The translations under genes were made by a program, and so were the position numbers. DNA of 64,000 nt, from the NCBI GenBank assembly GCA_039589615.1, contig JBDHHA010000002.1, positions 25,190 through 89,189 of the forward strand, in the 5' to 3' direction. The stretch is from Gemmatimonadota bacterium. Its GTDB lineage: Bacteria; Gemmatimonadota; Gemmatimonadetes; Gemmatimonadales; GWC2-71-9. Positions 58,558 through 64,000 of this stretch are shown here, piece by piece (within the stretch, counting starts at the first letter, position 1; every line of letters begins with the position of its first letter). Under the pieces are notes generated by a model. It saw only the letters and a list, made by a program, of their open reading frames with translations. It ran no database searches and had not been told where the DNA came from.

Positions 58558-59619
58558 ATGGCTGTCAGTCTCAAGTCGCTCATCGAAGAGTGGGACGGTA
58601 TCGGTGTGGTCACGCGGTACGACCAGCCGACCGGTACTTGGATGTTCATCGCACTACACAACGATACGCTTGGCGTGCCCACGGGCGGTACGCGGATGAA
58701 GGCATATCCCAGCCCTGCCCACGGTCTCCAGGACGCGATGCGCCTCGGAGCCGGCATGACCCGCAAGTGGGCGGCAGTGGATTTCGACTACGGGGGTGGG
58801 AAGGCCGTCCTGGCGCTTACGCAGTCGGTGGAGGGACCGGAGCGTGTGGGACTGTTGACGCGGTACGGCCAGTTGCTCGAGTCCCTGCACGGCACCTTCG
58901 GGACCGGTGTCGACATGGGCACGACCCCCGAGGACATGCTCACCATCAGCCAGGTCACATCTCACGTGCATGGGGTCGATCGGGAGACGGGACGGACCAT
59001 CGACCCTGGCCCCTACACGGCTCGCGGGGTGTTTGCGGGAATCCGGGCGGCCGTCAAGCAAGAGTTCGGCACGGACGATCTCAGCGGTCGCGTCATTCAC
59101 GTTCAGGGAGTCGGTGACGTCGGGGATCCCCTCGCCAGGATGCTCAAAGAGTCGGGGGCGCATTTGGTGCTGAGCGATCTCGACACCCGCCGAGCCGAGT
59201 CGCTGGCGGAGGAGTTGGGGGGGACGGAAGCGTTCGAGCCCCACACGGCGTACGAAGCACCGTGCGACATCTATGCCCCCTGCGCGGTGGGAGCCACCCT
59301 CAACGGCGAGTCGATTCCCGAACTCAAGTGTCGGGTCATCGTCGGGTCGGCCAACAACCAGCTACAGGAACCAGAGGACGCCGGCCGGCTCTTCGAGCGG
59401 GGGATCCTGTACGCGCCGGATTACATCGTGAATGCCGGGGGCGCCTTGGCCTTCGGCCTCCGAAACCGCGGGATCACGGCCGACGCGGAGATCAACGAGC
59501 GCGTGGATGCCATCGGCACCTCGCTCACCGAGATCCTCACGGAGGCGAGCGCCGCCAACGAATCTCCGGTGAACGCGGCAGAGCGGGCAGTCGAAAGACG
59601 GCTGAACCCCATGGGGTGA
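58558..59619 (+). CDS. Glu/Leu/Phe/Val dehydrogenase (leucine dehydrogenase-like)
   Basis: GGTR, GMTRK, GGGKAV, TARGV, GVGDVG, GSANNQL, NAGG. Confidence 0.93.
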   Translation: MAVSLKSLIEEWDGIGVVTRYDQPTGTWMFIALHNDTLGVPTGGTRMKAYPSPAHGLQDAMRLGAGMTRKWAAVDFDYGGGKAVLALTQSVEGPERVGLLTRYGQLLESLHGTFGTGVDMGTTPEDMLTISQVTSHVHGVDRETGRTIDPGPYTARGVFAGIRAAVKQEFGTDDLSGRVIHVQGVGDVGDPLARMLKESGAHLVLSDLDTRRAESLAEELGGTEAFEPHTAYEAPCDIYAPCAVGATLNGESIPELKCRVIVGSANNQLQEPEDAGRLFERGILYAPDYIVNAGGALAFGLRNRGITADAEINERVDAIGTSLTEILTEASAANESPVNAAERAVERRLNPMG

Positions 59620-59638
59620 CGTCGCGGGCCAACCCGTC

Positions 59639-60376
59639 ATGGTGACGCCGGCCCGATTCGTCCGTACCGCGAAGGCCTCCTTGCGCGATGCCGGCAACCC
59701 CAAGGTGGCGGAGAGCAGCCGGCGATTCTTCAAGAAACACGACACCGCCTCGTTCTACGGCGTGACGACGCCCGAGCTTCGCCGTCTCGAGCGAGAGGCA
59801 TTTCGCCAGATCAAGGGCCAGTGGGAGCTGGCGCAGGCGGTGGCATTCGCCCAGGCGATGATCGAAGTGAAGCAGCTCGAGGCCAAATCCTTCGGACTTC
59901 TGACGCTGTCCCGCTTCAAGCCGAGCTATGAGCCCAAGCTGCTGCGAACCGCGAAGCAGTGGCTCGAGGACGGACACTGTGCCAACTGGGCCACGGTGGA
60001 CACGCTCTGTCCTTTCGTCCTCACCCCGTTGGTAACGGCGTTCCCCGATTTGACCTCACGGGTGGAACGATGGGTACGCTCGAGGAACTTGTGGGTGCGA
60101 CGGGCGGCAGCCGTGACCTTCGTGCCCCTCGCCCGCCGCGGCGAGCGGCTGGAATCGGCCTATGGTGTGTCGCAGGCGCTCTTCGGTGACGCCGAAGACC
60201 TCATCCACAAGGCAAATGGTTGGTTGTTGCGGGAGTGCGGGCGGACGAACCAGCAACGACTGACTCGGTTTTTGCTGCGGTTTGGACCGCGGATTCCGCG
60301 AACGACCGTGCGTTATGCCATCGAGCGACACCCGGAACCCCTGAGAAAGAAACTCCTGGTGCAAACCGCTGGGTGA
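59639..60376 (+). CDS. AlkD-like DNA alkylation repair protein
   Basis: FYGVTTPELR, NWATVD, LWVRR, DLIHKA.GWLLRE, RYAIER. Confidence 0.9.
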   Translation: MVTPARFVRTAKASLRDAGNPKVAESSRRFFKKHDTASFYGVTTPELRRLEREAFRQIKGQWELAQAVAFAQAMIEVKQLEAKSFGLLTLSRFKPSYEPKLLRTAKQWLEDGHCANWATVDTLCPFVLTPLVTAFPDLTSRVERWVRSRNLWVRRAAAVTFVPLARRGERLESAYGVSQALFGDAEDLIHKANGWLLRECGRTNQQRLTRFLLRFGPRIPRTTVRYAIERHPEPLRKKLLVQTAG

Positions 60377-60400
60377 GTGCAGCTCCGTGACGGGACAACA

Positions 60401-60430
60401 AAAAGGGACGTCCGGTAGGACGTCCCTTTT
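60401..60430. terminator. Bidirectional intrinsic terminator
   Basis: AAAAGGGACGTCC-ggta-GGACGTCCCTTTT between convergent genes. Confidence 0.9.
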
Positions 60431-60454
60431 GCGGTCCGGGATCCAGGGTGGAGT

Positions 60455-63400
60455 CTAGAAACCCGGTTGGAAACTGAACTGCCAGTGCGCTCCCTTCTCC
60501 GGGCGCTGGAAGGGCTTCACATAGTCGATCTCGGCGAGGAGGAAGCCGAAGAGGTTGATCCGGAATCCCGCCCCGGCGCTCGTCAGTGGCGTCCGGCCGC
60601 CCTCTTCCAAGAACCACGCCGGATTGCGGGCGTCCCATGCCAACCCCGCGTCACCGAACACGGCGAACTCGATGGGGAACACGCCGTACATGCCGGAGCC
60701 GATGCCCAGGGCGCCGAACAACGGGAACCGGAGCTCCAGGTTTCCCACGAGCATCTTCGAGCCGAACAGCCGGTCGATCGTCGTGCAGGCCCCCTGCGGC
60801 GGGCACTCGTCAAAGTCGAACGAGTTGAAATCGTATCCCCGGATGAGACTCCCATAGCCGATGTACAGCGGATTGAGGACGGGGTCGTCGGCGTCTCTCC
60901 CGTAACGCCCGAAGTGCATGAGCCTGGCGGCCAGTGTGAAGGGATGTTTGACCATCCAGTATTTCCGAGTATCGACCGTAACGCCCAAGTAGTTCAGGGA
61001 TCCTACCGTGGGGGTGGCCTCGATCCGGTAGCGCTGGCCCGTAATAGGACTGGTGGCCCCGAAGATCGAGTTATCGTATACGTACGCCATGCTCCCTGAC
61101 AGGAGATTGAGCGATTCGCCAAACGGCAGTGTCTGATTCACGTCCTCGAGCTGTTGACCCGTGATCAAGTTGAACCGCCGCTGTTTGATCTCCCGCTCGA
61201 AGCTGATGCGTTGTATGCCCCCGCTGAACTCCAGCCGGCGGACGCGGTCGAACGGGTACGACAAGACCCCGGACAGCTGCCGGTTGTACTGGCGGATCAG
61301 ATCGCGGGTTTCAACGTACACGGTACCGCTGTCCTCGAGACTGGCGAACAGTCCGCCGCGCACATAGGGCACCTGCCCGGCGATGACGCCCCAGTTCCAG
61401 CGATGGCGTTTGTTCTCGTATCCCACCAGCGCGGCGATGTCCTTGAAGCCACCGTTGATCTGGAATGTCGTGGCCAGGTTGTGCTGGCCCAGCATGTCGC
61501 TCCAGTACGCCGACGCGCCGCCGCCGATGAAAGTGCCGTACTGGTCGGTGCCCGCAGTCAGGTAGGGCTGTGAGATGAAATCCAACGAGAGGCTCGGCTT
61601 GTAGTCCGTCTCGGAGAACTCGCTGGGATCGGCGAGGCCGAACTCCGTGTCGTCGAGGAACGAGACGATCTCACCACGGTCCCGATTGTTGGGCGGAAGC
61701 ACACCCGCGCCCGAGAGGTCGCCGAGATCCTCGTCCGAGTCCACCAACGTGCTCGTTCCGAGCTCTTGGAGCACCGCCGTCACGAGCTCGCCACGCAGCA
61801 CGTTGGGATCGTCCACCCGATAGAGGTTGTACTCCCCGTTCTCGAACGCCGTGAAGACGATCTTGTCCGAGGCCAACGCTGACGACAACGCCGGGCTGAG
61901 GTCGGTAATGCCACTCACGCCGGTGTACAGATCGGTGATCTGATAGAGCAATCCCGTGGCCAGCTCGAGTCGAAAGACGTTGCTGATGCCCTTGCGGTCG
62001 GCCACGAAATAGAGGCTCTCGGCGTCACGCGACCACTGGGGGTTGATGTTCTTGGCGTTGGGGAAGCTCGGCGCCGGCTCGATGCGGCGAGTTTCCGGGT
62101 AGTAGAACGCCAACCGGTAATTTCCCATCCGCAACTCGCCGAGGTCGGACGAGAACCGGTCCGTCACAAAAGCGATGCGATTGCCGGCGGGCGACCATGA
62201 AGGTTGGAGATCCGCGTATTGATCGTCCGTGATCCGCTCCAGGCTGTCCAATTCGAGATCGTACAGGAACAGATCGGAGAGGCCGCCCACAATGGCGGAG
62301 AACGCTACGTACCGGCCGTCGGGAGACCATGTGGGGTTGATGACCTCGCCGAGCTCCTTGAATTCGACCTCTCGAATTTTCCTGCCACGCGTATCAACGA
62401 TGGAGATGGTCGGCTCCCCCTTTGACACGGCGCCGAATACGAAGAGCTCACCGTCGGGACTCCACGCCCCCGCCGAATTGAGGAATTGGAGGCTCTCGTA
62501 GTGGGGGTCGGAGGCGGTCTTGACGATCTTCCGTTCCACCTCGCCCGTGGCGACGTCCGCCAGAAACATCTCGATGGCGAAGAGGTCCTTCTCCGAGAGG
62601 AAGACGACCTGTTCTCCGTCGGGACTCAGTGCCGGGGCGGTATTGATGGTGCCGGAGTTATCTGCTGTAAGGATCGGAGTGCCAAACTCCGTCGCGGAGC
62701 GGGTGCCTTCGCGCACCGGATCGTACGCCCTGCGAATCGATTCGTGCCACTCGCTGACCAGCGAATCCACCGGAATGCGCAACACCATTTGGAGCGCCGC
62801 CTCTGCACTGCCGGTGCGTCCTGCCGCGTTCAGCACGCGCCCAACCACATCATCGCCCCATCGACCGGCTACGTACGCCCAGAACGCTTGGCCGAACCGG
62901 TAGGGGAAGAACCGCGGGTCGTACAGTTGCGCGATTGTGGGCAACCGGTCGTTGGCGGCCGCATCGCGGATCCACATGGAGGTGTGGGGGTCCGCCGGGC
63001 CGACCGAGAGATACTCGGCCATCCCCTCGATGAACCAGAGGGGCAGCCGCAGGGCCATTGGAATGGTGCTCTCGGTGATGGTCTTGCCCTGGCCGGTCAT
63101 GTCGAACTGGAATGCGTGCACCAACTCGTGGCCCAGGACGTGGTCGGTTTCCGCCAGTGGCCCGGCGAACGGCAACACCATGCGGCGCTTGAACACCTCG
63201 GTCACACCGCCAGTGGATTCTCCGGGTGCACCCCCGATGGCATTGGTCTGTGTGAAGTGAGGATGGCTGGCGTAGTAAATGATCTGCTGCCGGCCACGGA
63301 GCCTATGGTTCAACAGGCGAGAGAGCCGCGCATACCACCGCTCGGCGAGGACGCCGGCCTGAGCCGCTGCCTCCCGCTCCTCTTCGTAGAAATAGATGTT

Positions 63401-63556
63401 GAAGTGCTCGGTCTGCAGAACTTGAAAGTCGAAATTCTGGTACTGGACCTGATTGCGGCCGAAGTACTGCGCCTCCGCTGTCCGGACCCCAGGTCCGATG
63501 GAGACGGTGAGCACGCCGAGGACGGTTAACAGAGTAAAGCGGGATCTGCGATCCAT
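60455..63556 (-). CDS. Omp85 (BamA/TamA-like) barrel fused to zincin-like and TolB/PD40 propeller domains
   Basis: QYFGRNQVQY, HELVH, LWFIEGMAEY, SPDG/WSP repeats, IRGY, ELRFP, terminal Phe. Confidence 0.88.
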   Translation of the reverse strand: MDRRSRFTLLTVLGVLTVSIGPGVRTAEAQYFGRNQVQYQNFDFQVLQTEHFNIYFYEEEREAAAQAGVLAERWYARLSRLLNHRLRGRQQIIYYASHPHFTQTNAIGGAPGESTGGVTEVFKRRMVLPFAGPLAETDHVLGHELVHAFQFDMTGQGKTITESTIPMALRLPLWFIEGMAEYLSVGPADPHTSMWIRDAAANDRLPTIAQLYDPRFFPYRFGQAFWAYVAGRWGDDVVGRVLNAAGRTGSAEAALQMVLRIPVDSLVSEWHESIRRAYDPVREGTRSATEFGTPILTADNSGTINTAPALSPDGEQVVFLSEKDLFAIEMFLADVATGEVERKIVKTASDPHYESLQFLNSAGAWSPDGELFVFGAVSKGEPTISIVDTRGRKIREVEFKELGEVINPTWSPDGRYVAFSAIVGGLSDLFLYDLELDSLERITDDQYADLQPSWSPAGNRIAFVTDRFSSDLGELRMGNYRLAFYYPETRRIEPAPSFPNAKNINPQWSRDAESLYFVADRKGISNVFRLELATGLLYQITDLYTGVSGITDLSPALSSALASDKIVFTAFENGEYNLYRVDDPNVLRGELVTAVLQELGTSTLVDSDEDLGDLSGAGVLPPNNRDRGEIVSFLDDTEFGLADPSEFSETDYKPSLSLDFISQPYLTAGTDQYGTFIGGGASAYWSDMLGQHNLATTFQINGGFKDIAALVGYENKRHRWNWGVIAGQVPYVRGGLFASLEDSGTVYVETRDLIRQYNRQLSGVLSYPFDRVRRLEFSGGIQRISFEREIKQRRFNLITGQQLEDVNQTLPFGESLNLLSGSMAYVYDNSIFGATSPITGQRYRIEATPTVGSLNYLGVTVDTRKYWMVKHPFTLAARLMHFGRYGRDADDPVLNPLYIGYGSLIRGYDFNSFDFDECPPQGACTTIDRLFGSKMLVGNLELRFPLFGALGIGSGMYGVFPIEFAVFGDAGLAWDARNPAWFLEEGGRTPLTSAGAGFRINLFGFLLAEIDYVKPFQRPEKGAHWQFSFQPGF

Positions 63557-64000
63557 AGAACGGTCCTTACCAAGAGTTACTCAAGCAACAGCCTATCCCG
63601 GGACGGACAATCCCGAGTTGCCGATGCCTGTGAAACCTCAAATCGACTTCGCTGGTTCCGCTCGTCCGCTGCCGATTCGAGCGAGAGTCACTTCCTGCAA
63701 CCTCTACCAAGGAGCAAGTTGCGGACCGTCGGGATTCCGCGGGGTTCAGCGGGCCACCGTGTGCACCTTAACTATAAGTCTTCCAATAGCTTACACTATC
63801 CATGCTCGCCGAGCCGACCATCCGCCACCAGCGGGTCACCCCTACGCGTGTCCCATTGGGTGGACGTCGTGGAGCGAAGACGGTTAAGGCTCAGCCACCC
63901 CCTGTAATCTGGACCAGGCCGGGGAGTGGCGCCAGGTAGCGCGGTGACTTGCGGACCGGTCTTAGACACGATCGGCGAAACCGTAACATGGGAACACAAA

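Noticed and set aside
1-64000. CRISPR arrays, tRNA/rRNA, IS elements, prophage
   Set aside because: No regularly spaced repeats, cloverleaf or rRNA signatures, transposase, integrase or phage structural motifs seen by eye

Overview
High-GC bacterial genomic window. The gene content suggests Gemmatimonadota or a related lineage (inference): PadR/ADOP-permease pairs, 'RDSAG' propeller lipoprotein, BlaI/M56-HEAT pair, many secreted hydrolases. It holds about 50 CDS and no recognisable tRNA, rRNA, CRISPR array, integrase or transposase. The AT-rich intergenic patches are mostly operators overlapping sigma70-like promoters. Main observations: (1) an unannotated 30-aa Cys-rich peptide (MSNPKLQPTTCCGPETDDDGGGCDGGGECC, 48367-48459, minus) with a strong RBS, lying behind a Cys-rich MarR and a second copy of the MarR palindrome, a candidate metal(loid)-chelating microprotein system; (2) a ~47-bp promoter/operator block shared between 4901-4947 and 30033-30079, suggesting an Xre regulon across 25 kb; (3) four PadR-ADOP modules whose PadR subtype co-varies with the permease N-terminal domain, each with its own operator, one reduced to an in-frame mini-permease; (4) a UvrD-type helicase with an embedded DEDDh exonuclease coupled to a DUF429 nuclease-like gene; (5) a probable pseudoenzyme, a doubly frameshifted lipoprotein gene, a csp leader terminator and a candidate structured ncRNA. 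All calls come from reading motifs by eye; no searches were run.
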